Of a stretch of DNA of 32,000 nt, positions 10,519 to 19,225 are shown piece by piece. Source of the DNA: Saccharolobus solfataricus (GTDB taxonomy: Archaea; Thermoproteota; Thermoprotei_A; Sulfolobales; Sulfolobaceae). The stretch spans positions 2,070,001-2,102,000 of the forward strand of contig NZ_LT549890.1 in the NCBI RefSeq assembly GCF_900079115.1. The letters run 5' to 3'. Each line of letters starts with the position of its first letter. The stretch's first letter is position 1. The position numbers and the translations under genes were made by a program. A model generated the notes under the pieces. The model had not been told where the DNA came from and ran no database searches. It saw only the letters and a list, made by a program, of their open reading frames with translations.

Positions 10519-10592
10519 TATTGATTTAACCTGTGGTCTAGATATTACCAACAAAGTCATAGGAAACAGGTTTAACAGCAGAAACATTAGAA

Positions 10593-11777
10593 GTGCATGT
10601 GATAAGGGAAACATTGAAAGGTGGTAAGGGTGAAGTTATAAAAAACCCTAAGGTCTTTATCGATCCGTTATCTGTATTTAAGGAGATTCCGTTTAGAGAG
10701 GATATATTAAGGGATGCCGCAATTGCTATTAGGTATTTCGTTAAGAATGAGGTCAAGTTTTCGAACTTATTCCTTGGATTAACCGGTACCGGAAAAACTT
10801 TCGTGAGCAAATATATCTTTAATGAAATTGAGGAGGTGAAGAAAGAGGACGAGGAATATAAGGATGTAAAACAAGCTTATGTTAATTGCAGAGAGGTTGG
10901 TGGAACACCACAAGCTGTATTATCCTCTTTAGCTGGGAAACTAACTGGTTTTTCAGTACCAAAGCATGGTATTAATTTAGGTGAGTATATTGATAAGATA
11001 AAGAATGGCACAAGGAATATAAGAGCAATTATATATCTTGACGAGGTTGACACGTTAGTGAAGAGAAGAGGGGGAGATATAGTTCTTTATCAGCTGCTTA
11101 GATCAGATGCAAATATATCTGTTATAATGATTAGTAATGACATTAATGTTCGTGATTATATGGAGCCCAGAGTTTTATCATCTTTAGGGCCTTCGGTAAT
11201 CTTTAAACCTTACGATGCAGAGCAACTGAAATTTATTCTTTCGAAGTATGCTGAATATGGCCTAATAAAAGGTACCTATGATGACGAAATATTGAGCTAT
11301 ATTGCAGCTATTTCTGCTAAAGAGCACGGTGATGCAAGGAAAGCAGTAAATTTGCTTTTCAGGGCAGCTCAGCTAGCTTCAGGTGGGGGTATTATTAGGA
11401 AGGAGCACGTAGATAAGGCCATTGTGGATTATGAACAAGAGAGGCTTATAGAGGCCGTCAAAGCTCTTCCTTTTCACTATAAATTGGCTTTAAGAAGTCT
11501 GATAGAGTCAGAAGATGTAATGTCTGCTCATAAAATGTATACAGATCTTTGTAATAAATTCAAGCAAAAACCCTTATCGTATAGGAGGTTTTCAGATATC
11601 ATATCAGAATTGGACATGTTTGGGATAGTCAAGATAAGGATAATTAATAGGGGTAGAGCCGGTGGAGTTAAGAAATATGCATTGGTGGAAGATAAGGAGA
11701 AGGTATTAAGAGCGCTTAATGAGACTTTTGAAGATAGTATTAGTATTGGTGATTTTGATGATGTGGGAGAAAATTAA
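10593..11777 (+). CDS. cdc6-3: Orc1/Cdc6 replication initiator, probably the Cdc6-3 (Orc1-3) paralog
   Basis: 394 aa, AAA+ with Walker A GLTGTGKT, Walker B IIYLDEVD, sensor region ISNDINV, the DARKAVNLL lid and a C-terminal winged helix ([12 protein letters not shown]). The sequence matches my memory of S. solfataricus Cdc6-3. Confidence 0.93.
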   Translation: MHVIRETLKGGKGEVIKNPKVFIDPLSVFKEIPFREDILRDAAIAIRYFVKNEVKFSNLFLGLTGTGKTFVSKYIFNEIEEVKKEDEEYKDVKQAYVNCREVGGTPQAVLSSLAGKLTGFSVPKHGINLGEYIDKIKNGTRNIRAIIYLDEVDTLVKRRGGDIVLYQLLRSDANISVIMISNDINVRDYMEPRVLSSLGPSVIFKPYDAEQLKFILSKYAEYGLIKGTYDDEILSYIAAISAKEHGDARKAVNLLFRAAQLASGGGIIRKEHVDKAIVDYEQERLIEAVKALPFHYKLALRSLIESEDVMSAHKMYTDLCNKFKQKPLSYRRFSDIISELDMFGIVKIRIINRGRAGGVKKYALVEDKEKVLRALNETFEDSISIGDFDDVGEN

Positions 11778-12078
11778 GAGGTTAGAAGAGAGATTGTATG
11801 AACTAAGAAAGGAAATTGAGGAAGTCGAAAAAGAGTTAGAAGGATATCCAAGTGGACATCTAGAAGTTAAGACAATTAATGGAAATGTCTACTACTACTT
11901 AAGGTATTGGGAAGATGGTAAATTAAGAAGCAAATATGTTGGCAAGTTTGCTAATGAGATCAAGGAAAAACTTTCTAAGGGTGAGCAGTTAAGGAGGAGA
12001 CTAACTCAGTTAAAAGAGGAAGAAAAAAAGTTATCCATTATTATAAACAAAATAGAAAAAATTATTACCGATTACTAA
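11758..12078 (+). CDS. Small coiled-coil protein translationally coupled to the Orc1/Cdc6 gene
   Basis: The ORF-track entry starts at 11719. ATG codons at 11758 and 11761 are more plausible and overlap the cdc6-3 stop by about 20 nt. The translation has a heptad-like charged N-terminus ([24 protein letters not shown]) and C-terminus ([26 protein letters not shown]). Confidence 0.5.
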   Translation: MMWEKIKRLEERLYELRKEIEEVEKELEGYPSGHLEVKTINGNVYYYLRYWEDGKLRSKYVGKFANEIKEKLSKGEQLRRRLTQLKEEEKKLSIIINKIEKIITDY

Positions 12079-12135
12079 ACTTATCTTCATATTTACGTTT
12101 GATCATAAGATAGTCTTAAATAAACACTATTCTCT

Positions 12136-12981
12136 ATGAATATACAGAGGATATCCGTGATAATAGTATCAGCTCAAACATCGATTTCGCAAGCCTTATC
12201 TGGGATAGCTACTAGTATTATTGATGCAATACCTTCTATAATACTATTTGTAATAATACTATTAGTAGGTTATATAATAGGTAATATCGTAGCGTATTCC
12301 ATAAGGACATTTTTAGGTAGGATTTTTAGAGAGGAACACGTTAGAGCAAGTGTTGATATAATAGCAGGTACAGTGAAGGCGTTAATCATCCTAATCGCAT
12401 TGTCAATTGCTCTTTCTTTTTTACAGCTAGGAGCAGCTTCTGGATATATTCAACAGATAGCTAATTATTTGCCCAAATTAGCTGGAGCAATAGTTCTTCT
12501 TACCATTGGCTTAACTCTAGTTAATATTTTAGTTGATTACATGCAGAGGCAAATAGGAGCTAGATCGCAAGATGACTTAATAACTGCGATATTCAATGTC
12601 TTAAGGTTCGGTTTATATGCAGCCATCATAACTGTTGCTGCGGCCTTAGCGATTTTTAGTGTTATACCATATGTGGATCCTTATGTATTTTATGCTGTAA
12701 TATTAGGTGCGGTAATACTATATGCTGCCTATGCTTTAATTGATAAGGTGTTAGTTCCCTTTGCTAACTCTAATCCAGATCTAGCCTACGTAGCAAATTA
12801 TGGTAGATTTATACTATATATAATTGTACTATTGATCGCAATTGCCATAATAGTTGAACCCTTTGGAAACGTTACATCAATAATATATGCTTTATCATGG
12901 GGTCTAGCGATAGCTTTTGCCATAGCGTTAATTCCTCTTGTTATAGCTTTAGTAAAGAAATTCTTAGCAGAAATTAAGTGA
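12136..12981 (+). CDS. Polytopic membrane protein with repeated conserved-TM-helix units (as in the N-terminal regions of mechanosensitive channels)
   Basis: 281 aa, with repeated segments of the form xxPxIIxxxxILLVGYIIGNIV. There is no soluble domain. Confidence 0.6.
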   Translation: MNIQRISVIIVSAQTSISQALSGIATSIIDAIPSIILFVIILLVGYIIGNIVAYSIRTFLGRIFREEHVRASVDIIAGTVKALIILIALSIALSFLQLGAASGYIQQIANYLPKLAGAIVLLTIGLTLVNILVDYMQRQIGARSQDDLITAIFNVLRFGLYAAIITVAAALAIFSVIPYVDPYVFYAVILGAVILYAAYALIDKVLVPFANSNPDLAYVANYGRFILYIIVLLIAIAIIVEPFGNVTSIIYALSWGLAIAFAIALIPLVIALVKKFLAEIK

Positions 12982-13028
12982 TTCTTTTTAAGAAGCTATT
13001 TTTAAACTCTAGTTTCTTTTTATTTCTT

Positions 13029-13322
13029 ATGAGTGGGATTTCCTCGAAGGAATTAGAGGAACTTAAAATTAACGGATGGATAGTATTAGAGAATGGAAAG
13101 AAGATTAAGAAGGAATTTAGATTCAAGGATTTTAAGCAATCGGTAGATTTCTTGAAAGATATACAACCTTCAGCTGACGCTTTAGATCACCACCCTGATG
13201 TGTGTGTTTATTATAATAGAGTCGTAGTAGAGTTAACAACTCATGATGTAGGAGGGTTAACAGATCTCGACTATAAATTAGCTATAAAACTTGACGAGCT
13301 TTACAAAATGAAAACTAGTTAA
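13029..13322 (+). CDS. Pterin-4a-carbinolamine dehydratase (PCD/DCoH family)
   Basis: The signature LDHHPDVCVYYNRVVVELTTHD is present and the length is about 97 aa from the ATG at 13029. The GTG at 12978 would add an implausible hydrophobic extension. Confidence 0.8.
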   Translation: MSGISSKELEELKINGWIVLENGKKIKKEFRFKDFKQSVDFLKDIQPSADALDHHPDVCVYYNRVVVELTTHDVGGLTDLDYKLAIKLDELYKMKTS

Positions 13323-13388
13323 TATATAGTGGACTTGTGTCTTAGATAATAATTTTGTTTTTGTAAATTAGCTATACTTCTCAAAGTT

Positions 13389-13898
13389 TCAAGAAGTTAG
13401 AAAGAACTCAATACGTTCTCTTCCACCAACCTTAATTCCTTTGTTTACTTTGATTTTCAAGAAGTTTTCTAATATACTGACTTGTCCTTTCATTTTAACG
13501 TTTAATATTTTCCCTGGGAATCTCCATATTGCCTCATAAGGATATTCCGTGATCTCCTCTTCATAGAAGTTTTCATAGACATTTAATCCTTCCTTTAATG
13601 TTCCCTTGAATGTTATTATAAACTCAATAACGGGGTGGGTTGTATCTAAAAGGAAAATATCTGTACTAACTACTTTAGCTCTTGTTACCCTATCGTTTAT
13701 TATTATTTTTTCCTCATCTAAAAAACTTTGCATGTTCTCCTTAACTAATTCCATTTCTTTATCCAACATTTCCCTTGGTAAACTTACGTAGTAGTTTTCT
13801 GGATCATAATAATAGAAAAAAGTGTATTGAGTTACGTTGCCTAACTTATCCATCACGAAATTTCCCAAGCCAAAAATTGGAGTTACGTTTTCACTCAT
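13389..13898 (-). CDS. Hypothetical protein
   Basis: 169-aa ORF whose start overlaps the stop of the upstream gene by 8 nt (operonic). No recognised motif. Confidence 0.55.
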   Translation of the reverse strand: MSENVTPIFGLGNFVMDKLGNVTQYTFFYYYDPENYYVSLPREMLDKEMELVKENMQSFLDEEKIIINDRVTRAKVVSTDIFLLDTTHPVIEFIITFKGTLKEGLNVYENFYEEEITEYPYEAIWRFPGKILNVKMKGQVSILENFLKIKVNKGIKVGGRERIEFFLTS

Positions 13899-14607
13899 TT
13901 TTCTTCCTTTTCCTCCCTGTCTTCACTTGCAAATAGGGTTGTAATACATCTCTAAGAGTGGGACATTCATTTAACTTTCTCTTTAGCTCTGTTAGGAAAC
14001 AGCACAGAGCTCCTAGCCTCTCCATACTAGTAAACTTTATCGAGTTTTGTGGTCTTTCAGTGGATATTGTTAAAAATTTGGCTTGGCCAGATAACGCTTT
14101 TAAGTATAGCCTGCTCGTTGAAGCCAATTCTGTAGTTGTCCATTTTCCCTCGGTTGATTCTGGTAATTTTATTTCGTTCCAAGATACGTTATCACATTCA
14201 ATTTGGCATTCAAATTCCTCATCTGTACTAATTAGGTCTACAACTTCTGCCTCTGCAATCTGTGCTGTAGGTGACAAGAAGTTTGATGTGGTATTTTTTA
14301 ATTCCTCTTTCTGATATGCACAGCATGCTAAGGTTTGCAATTCATCTAGCATTTCAAAATCTCTCAGATTTATGTTATTCGTCCCTCTTACAGTAGATAT
14401 TGTGAGTAATGTAAGTGAGTTAGGAAGCATAAGAACTTCAAATTTAAAGTAGTTTGAGTCAGCTATTCTTATTATATAAGTCTTATTTTCTTCATTTGAT
14501 AATTTTCTAAAGCTTTCAAATTTTTCTCGAAGAAGAGTTGAATCACAATTAGGTACGAGAAATGAGAAACCTCTTATTTCCCTTATTGACTTTGTGGAAC
14601 ATTTCAT
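13891..14607 (-). CDS. Hypothetical protein with Cys pairs (ACCAY, GALCCF) and a basic C-terminus
   Basis: 238-aa ORF, 33 nt downstream of the TPR gene and overlapping the next gene. No recognised motif. Confidence 0.55.
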   Translation of the reverse strand: MKCSTKSIREIRGFSFLVPNCDSTLLREKFESFRKLSNEENKTYIIRIADSNYFKFEVLMLPNSLTLLTISTVRGTNNINLRDFEMLDELQTLACCAYQKEELKNTTSNFLSPTAQIAEAEVVDLISTDEEFECQIECDNVSWNEIKLPESTEGKWTTTELASTSRLYLKALSGQAKFLTISTERPQNSIKFTSMERLGALCCFLTELKRKLNECPTLRDVLQPYLQVKTGRKRKKNE

Positions 14608-14640
14608 CGAATATATTATGCATTATCTAGGTATTTAACT

Positions 14641-15444
14641 TTAAGAGCTATTTAGTTCGTTAGCTTTTCGAATATCCGCATAAGCCTCCTCTTCTCTCCC
14701 CAATTTCATCAACGATTTCGCTCTTCTTACGTAAGCATTTCTATACAATGGATTGATATTGATACTTTTCGAATACATATCTACAGCTTCTTCTAACAAT
14801 CCCCTACTTTCCTTTAATTCTCCTAAACTGAAGTAAACTTCTGCATAGTATGGGTTTAGATTAATTGCGATTTCTAAATCATTTTCAGCCTCCTTATAGT
14901 TTCCTAATTCTCTTTGAGCTAAAGCTCTATAGAAGTACAATTCTGCATCAGTAGGATATTTTTCAATAGCTAAACTCAAGTCAATTATAGCATCATTGTA
15001 TTTACCTAATTTAAGTTCGGAAATTCCCCGTATCTTATACACTAAAGGATCTTCGTCTTCTACTACCTTGATCTCATCTAGGGCTTTCTCATAGTTTTCT
15101 AATTTTAAATAGATAAGTCCCCTTAGTTTTCTAGAATCTTTTGAATTGTCATTTAGATATATTAGCGCGTCTCTATAAAGTCCTTGAGCTATAAGTACTT
15201 TTGCCATTCCAATTTTATCTTCAGCCTTCTGAAAATTCTCATAAGCCTCTTGTAGTTTTCCTAGTTCAAAGAGTATCTTTCCTTTTAAGGAGTAGGCCTC
15301 CTTTAGATCTGGGTTCTGGGTAATTAACTCGTCTAATAATTTCAATGCATAATTTAAGTTCTTATTCTTATATTGGGTATAGGCTTCTTTTAGGCTCAAA
15401 CTCTCACTTAATATATCAATTAATCTTTTTGATAAAATAAGCAT
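14641..15444 (-). CDS. Tetratricopeptide repeat (TPR) protein
   Basis: 267 aa made of about seven 34-residue repeats with the A-x-x-x-Y/F-x-x-A-L/I-x-x-x-P pattern (for example EAYENFQKAEDK, DAELYFYRALAQRELGNYKEAENDLEIAINLNPYY). Confidence 0.85.
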   Translation of the reverse strand: MLILSKRLIDILSESLSLKEAYTQYKNKNLNYALKLLDELITQNPDLKEAYSLKGKILFELGKLQEAYENFQKAEDKIGMAKVLIAQGLYRDALIYLNDNSKDSRKLRGLIYLKLENYEKALDEIKVVEDEDPLVYKIRGISELKLGKYNDAIIDLSLAIEKYPTDAELYFYRALAQRELGNYKEAENDLEIAINLNPYYAEVYFSLGELKESRGLLEEAVDMYSKSININPLYRNAYVRRAKSLMKLGREEEAYADIRKANELNSS

Positions 15445-15660
15445 TTTATATGACCTTGTACACTTTCTCGTAATTAGTCAGCTACAAAAATGCTGGTAGA
15501 AAGCCTTAGGCAAGGTTTAATACACCTTAACTTAAAACTGAATTAACTCTGGGTTACATCATAAAGAGAATAAAAAGTATTAAGAATATTTACTCTTTAG
15601 CCTTATATTATACTTAGGTAAGCGAATAATATAACAATAATAAGTATGGTTTAACTTATG

Positions 15661-16006
15661 GCGGTAGATCCAAAATCGTATTATTAAAAATAACAGTTAT
15701 TTGTTAATAATGAATCATTGCGAACTAGGTGGCTATTTTGTTTAACTCTATGGGAAATTCTTAGAAAAATCTCTATACTATAGTATATTTTTTACAATAT
15801 TTTAGTATAAAAAGTGCTAATTGAGTACGAGAATTAATAGAAATAGAATTAAATTCGAAGAAATTCCATTTTATTTATATTGTAAGATACACATAATTAT
15901 ATTTAAGATTATCAATAACAAGTATAATGAAAAATTTTCTTGTTATAGAGAAAAAATGATAATCTCAGTTAAATCTATATTTGTAAAAGGATTTTGGATC
16001 TACCGC
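15661..16006. repeat. 17-bp perfect terminal inverted repeat enclosing about 312 bp of very AT-rich non-coding DNA (MITE-like or long-range hairpin)
   Basis: GCGGTAGATCCAAAATC at 15661-15677 is the exact reverse complement of GATTTTGGATCTACCGC at 15990-16006. The interior has no credible ORF. Confidence 0.35.
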
Positions 16007-16016
16007 TGTGGGAGAT

Positions 16017-16079
16017 TGAGTTTGCTCAGAGAAGCAGGGAATCCTCATCCTGAAGTGAGGATGCCCCGTCGTGAGGACG
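16017..16079 (+). ncRNA. Possible small structured RNA: three consecutive hairpins in a local G+C-rich island (strand and reality uncertain)
   Basis: Three stem-loops read by eye: TGAG-TTTG-CTCA (16017-16028); GGGA-ATCCTCA-[TCCTGAAG]-TGAGGAT-GCCC (16037-16066); CGTC-[GTGAG]-GACG (16067-16079). The G+C content is much higher than in the surrounding intergenic DNA. Confidence 0.2.
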
Positions 16080-16364
16080 TGGTAGTTTACATATCTAAAT
16101 ACTTCGAATAGTAGTTTTAGGAAATTCCCTTATCATAAAAAGTCAAAATATTTATCCATGTATTTATAAATATCTTTCATTGTACTTCTTAATATTATAG
16201 CTTATCAATAAACATTTTTCATCTAACTAGGAAAGATTCATTATATATTTTTAACGTAACGTAAAAGTGTAACGATTTTCCTATAAATGCTATTCGAACT
16301 ATTGTTCACGGTGGAGAAGTGGTCAGAGTTAGTAGTAGTCAGAACCGAGTTCGTTCTTCATCAA

Positions 16365-17195
16365 TCAAGATATGCCAGGTTCATCATATAAGCCAGTGCT
16401 TACGCATTCATTTCCCCATCCTCTCATTAGCCCTTCTCTAATTATTTTTACGTATTCTTCACTTGGTTTCTTCCTATTCTCTTTATAGCTCGAGACGTAG
16501 GCATATGCAAAATACTCCTTCCCATTTCTATCGTAAACTTTTACAACTTCTCTAATATACTTTATTAGATGTTGTTCAGCCTTATCTAGAGAGTTTAAAG
16601 TATGAAGGAACACCTTTTGCAAATATCCACATATTATACCACTTTCGTCCTCTATCAAGTTTGCGCAATAACCGTATTTGCAAGGTATGTTGAATATCAG
16701 TCTATAACCTTTTGTATAGGCCGGAGTTTCACTTAATATCATGTCAACCCCACGCTGATGTAAAATTCTCTCATTAGTATTTTCAGCATATGCAAAATAG
16801 TTTACAATTATGGGCATTCCGCTCCACGCTGAGTAATCACCATCTTCTATTTTCTCCATATTTTTTACTATTTCTTTGTTATATCTGTAAAAATAGACAT
16901 TATCTAAGTAATATTTTCTTTTCTGATCAAAATATACCCTAGTTTTTTCCCTTACATAAAGGTCATCTGGCGATCCCTTATAATCCTCCACCTCATCAAG
17001 TAATTTAATTAGATTTTCATCTATTTCATAAACTTCTCCCCAAACTATACCATCACCTTTAATTACACCTGGATAATTGCCTAAATCGTACATCTCATAA
17101 CCCTCTATATAGCCTAAGCCTACGAACCTTGACTTAGCTACTAAGTGATTTAGCTCGAAGCCATATCTTAGACTCCCATATACTAAAAGATACAT
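16365..17195 (-). CDS. Tandem gamma-glutamylcyclotransferase-like (AIG2/GGACT family) two-domain protein
   Basis: 276 aa. The N-terminal half starts with the family hallmark LLVYGSLRYGFELNH and contains YPGVI and GEVYEI. The second half repeats a GGCT-like start (IVNYFAYAENTNERILHQRGV). Confidence 0.7.
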   Translation of the reverse strand: MYLLVYGSLRYGFELNHLVAKSRFVGLGYIEGYEMYDLGNYPGVIKGDGIVWGEVYEIDENLIKLLDEVEDYKGSPDDLYVREKTRVYFDQKRKYYLDNVYFYRYNKEIVKNMEKIEDGDYSAWSGMPIIVNYFAYAENTNERILHQRGVDMILSETPAYTKGYRLIFNIPCKYGYCANLIEDESGIICGYLQKVFLHTLNSLDKAEQHLIKYIREVVKVYDRNGKEYFAYAYVSSYKENRKKPSEEYVKIIREGLMRGWGNECVSTGLYDEPGIS

Positions 17196-17197
17196 AA

Positions 17198-17488
17198 CTA
17201 TTCACCTAATAATGACTCTAACCAAGGTTGAACTTCTTCCATTTTTAAAATTTTTATGGGCTTATCGTTTTCCATGAGTGTTGTAGAATCGTAATACGCT
17301 AATCCATTTATTATCTTAAACTTTATAACATAGTATCTTTGGTTTAGCATCTCTCCTTCTCCCCCTGCTTCTTCTATTGTTGGAGGGTAAAATATTGCTA
17401 ACAATTCCTCTCCGTTTTCTCTAACGTCAAATCCTCTTTTAGTAAGCATATCTACCAGTTTTTCATACTCTACTGGTTTCAATATCAC
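17198..17488 (-). CDS. Hypothetical small acidic protein
   Basis: 96-aa ORF lying between the NfeD-like and GGCT-like genes on the same strand. It overlaps the NfeD-like gene by 26 nt and ends 2 nt before the next start. Confidence 0.5.
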   Translation of the reverse strand: MILKPVEYEKLVDMLTKRGFDVRENGEELLAIFYPPTIEEAGGEGEMLNQRYYVIKFKIINGLAYYDSTTLMENDKPIKILKMEEVQPWLESLLGE

Positions 17489-17837
17489 TCACCTTCTTTC
17501 TTACCATTAGTTTCATTCCCTCTCTTTTCACTACTACTATATCTTCGTTTTTCTTTATATCCTCTAGAGCTAAGGCTCGCCAATATTCACCCTCTACTAT
17601 TACATAGCCTTCTTGTCCAGACTTTATATCATCAACTGCTTTTCCAATTTTTCCCTCATAGGAGTATAAGTTTCTTCCTCTTGTTTTTATAACAACATTA
17701 ATAACCCGATATGTCAGGAAACCTAGTAGGGCCAGTGTTGGAATATCTATTATAGGGTCAGATATGTAACCAGTAATGACTAAAATTGCGATTAAAATTG
17801 CGATAATTATCAAGGTGATTGCTACTGGGTGTGCCAC
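17463..17837 (-). CDS. Short NfeD-family membrane protein (stomatin-operon partner type)
   Basis: 124 aa with a GTG start, two N-terminal TM helices, then an OB-fold-like C-terminus (GKIGKAVDDIKSGQEGYVIVEGEYWRALALEDIKKNEDIVVVKREGMKLMV) typical of NfeD/YuaF proteins. Confidence 0.7.
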   Translation of the reverse strand: MAHPVAITLIIIAILIAILVITGYISDPIIDIPTLALLGFLTYRVINVVIKTRGRNLYSYEGKIGKAVDDIKSGQEGYVIVEGEYWRALALEDIKKNEDIVVVKREGMKLMVRKKVSDIETSRV

Positions 17838-17872
17838 AGATTTTTTATTAGCTTGATTGGTATATATTTGTG

Positions 17873-19201
17873 ATGTATAAGGTTCTGCTCATAATAATTC
17901 TATTATTGCCATTATCAATGCCCTTGAGTATACCCACTACTTCACAACCTTCAGCTTTAGCTTTTCCCTCAGGAGTGACTAGTTATCCTTTGAATACAAT
18001 AATCTATACAGATTTCGTTATGGGTAGGATCAATATTTCATATTTAAATATAGGTAGCTCGTACTTACCAGGAGGAGAATATTTCACTACTGGAAACGCA
18101 TCGCTTCAGTTAAACGCTATGGTATTAGGAGAGTATTGGGCACAAAATGTGATTCTATTTCATCAAATATCAAATAATACCTTTTATGCTACACTGATAG
18201 TAAATCTTTGGAATCTTTCTGGCCCCTTTAGTAATACAACAAGTAATTCGTTAGTATATCAAGGTCTAGGTGTAATTTGCTATCAAGGTCCAACGTTCAA
18301 GGTAACCTTACCCCTTTCCATTAGCCTATTTATGGAAATAGTTAATTCTACATTAAACTTTGGATATAATATAAATGGGCAGAAGGGAATCTATTTCAGA
18401 TACCCTATAATAGGTTTATTCCAGTTAGGTGGTCTTTCACTATTAGGGTTGCCAAATGATCTAGAGTTAGTTTGGGGAGGACCAGGTGGTGGAAGTGTGG
18501 TATTTATGAATGTGAGTAGTATAGCCAATTTGTACTATTTCAATGGGAATACTTTAACTATTGTACCCAACGCTTACTCTATAGGATTTGATACTGCAGA
18601 ATCGGCTTACGGGGTAAAGGTATACTCCACTTTTCCTAGTGTATTTTCACCTATAGTGATTGAGACAAGTGGGGTTAACGTACCTTCAGTATTATGGCCA
18701 ATTCCTCCCCACGTTTTAGTTAATCAGACTAGTAATAAAATAACTGTGAAGTTGTCCATAAGTAATAAGTCCTTATCAGGGCAAGCGGTCTATTTGGAAA
18801 CCGGATTTCCTCCTTCGGTCATATCTTCTGCAGTGACAAATTCCTCTGGAATTGCGGTATTTCCTAATAACAATTATTCGTTTTATGTAGTTTATTTTCC
18901 AGGCAATTTCACTCTATCTTCGACCTACTACTTCTCCTCACCAATCCTTAATTCACTTTCTAGTAAGTTTCGATCTTATTACCAAGATTTATTGAATTTT
19001 CTAAACTCGGCCCAGAATTCCTTTAAGAAAGGTATAAAGTCTGTACTATCTAAGCAAGAAACTTCCATAACTACTACCACGTTAACTTCTACTACTTCAA
19101 GTTCTTCCCAATTTGGGGTTAACTTGTATATCGTACTTTATATCTTAGCTTTTGTAATAGGTATGGTAATTTCAGCAATATTAATAAGGTTCAAATTATA
19201 G
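17873..19201 (+). CDS. Thermopsin-like (peptidase A5 family) secreted glycoprotein with a Ser/Thr-rich stalk and C-terminal TM anchor
   Basis: Signal peptide MYKVLLIIILLLPLSMPL. The segments ASLQLNAMV, YWAQNVILF and LIVNLWNLSG resemble conserved thermopsin-family blocks as I remember them. It also has many N-x-S/T sequons, a TTTTLTSTTSSSS linker and a terminal TM helix. Confidence 0.55.
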   Translation: MYKVLLIIILLLPLSMPLSIPTTSQPSALAFPSGVTSYPLNTIIYTDFVMGRINISYLNIGSSYLPGGEYFTTGNASLQLNAMVLGEYWAQNVILFHQISNNTFYATLIVNLWNLSGPFSNTTSNSLVYQGLGVICYQGPTFKVTLPLSISLFMEIVNSTLNFGYNINGQKGIYFRYPIIGLFQLGGLSLLGLPNDLELVWGGPGGGSVVFMNVSSIANLYYFNGNTLTIVPNAYSIGFDTAESAYGVKVYSTFPSVFSPIVIETSGVNVPSVLWPIPPHVLVNQTSNKITVKLSISNKSLSGQAVYLETGFPPSVISSAVTNSSGIAVFPNNNYSFYVVYFPGNFTLSSTYYFSSPILNSLSSKFRSYYQDLLNFLNSAQNSFKKGIKSVLSKQETSITTTTLTSTTSSSSQFGVNLYIVLYILAFVIGMVISAILIRFKL

Positions 19202-19225
19202 TTATATATTTGGAGGTAGTAAGAT

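Noticed and set aside
10538-10810. 90-aa ORF (-) overlapping the start of the Orc1/Cdc6 gene
   Set aside because: It is a shadow of the strongly supported cdc6 reading frame.
13606-14314. ORFs 13606-13791 (+) and 13958-14314 (+)
   Set aside because: They lie antisense within the 169-aa and 238-aa minus-strand genes, which are longer and arranged as an operon with overlapping stop and start. Neither minus-strand gene has a known family, so confidence in this choice is moderate rather than high.
15821-16111. 96-aa ORF (+) in the long intergenic region
   Set aside because: It has a TTG start and an asparagine/isoleucine/lysine-rich translation. It runs across the right arm of the 17-bp inverted repeat and the hairpin island, so the region is more plausibly non-coding.
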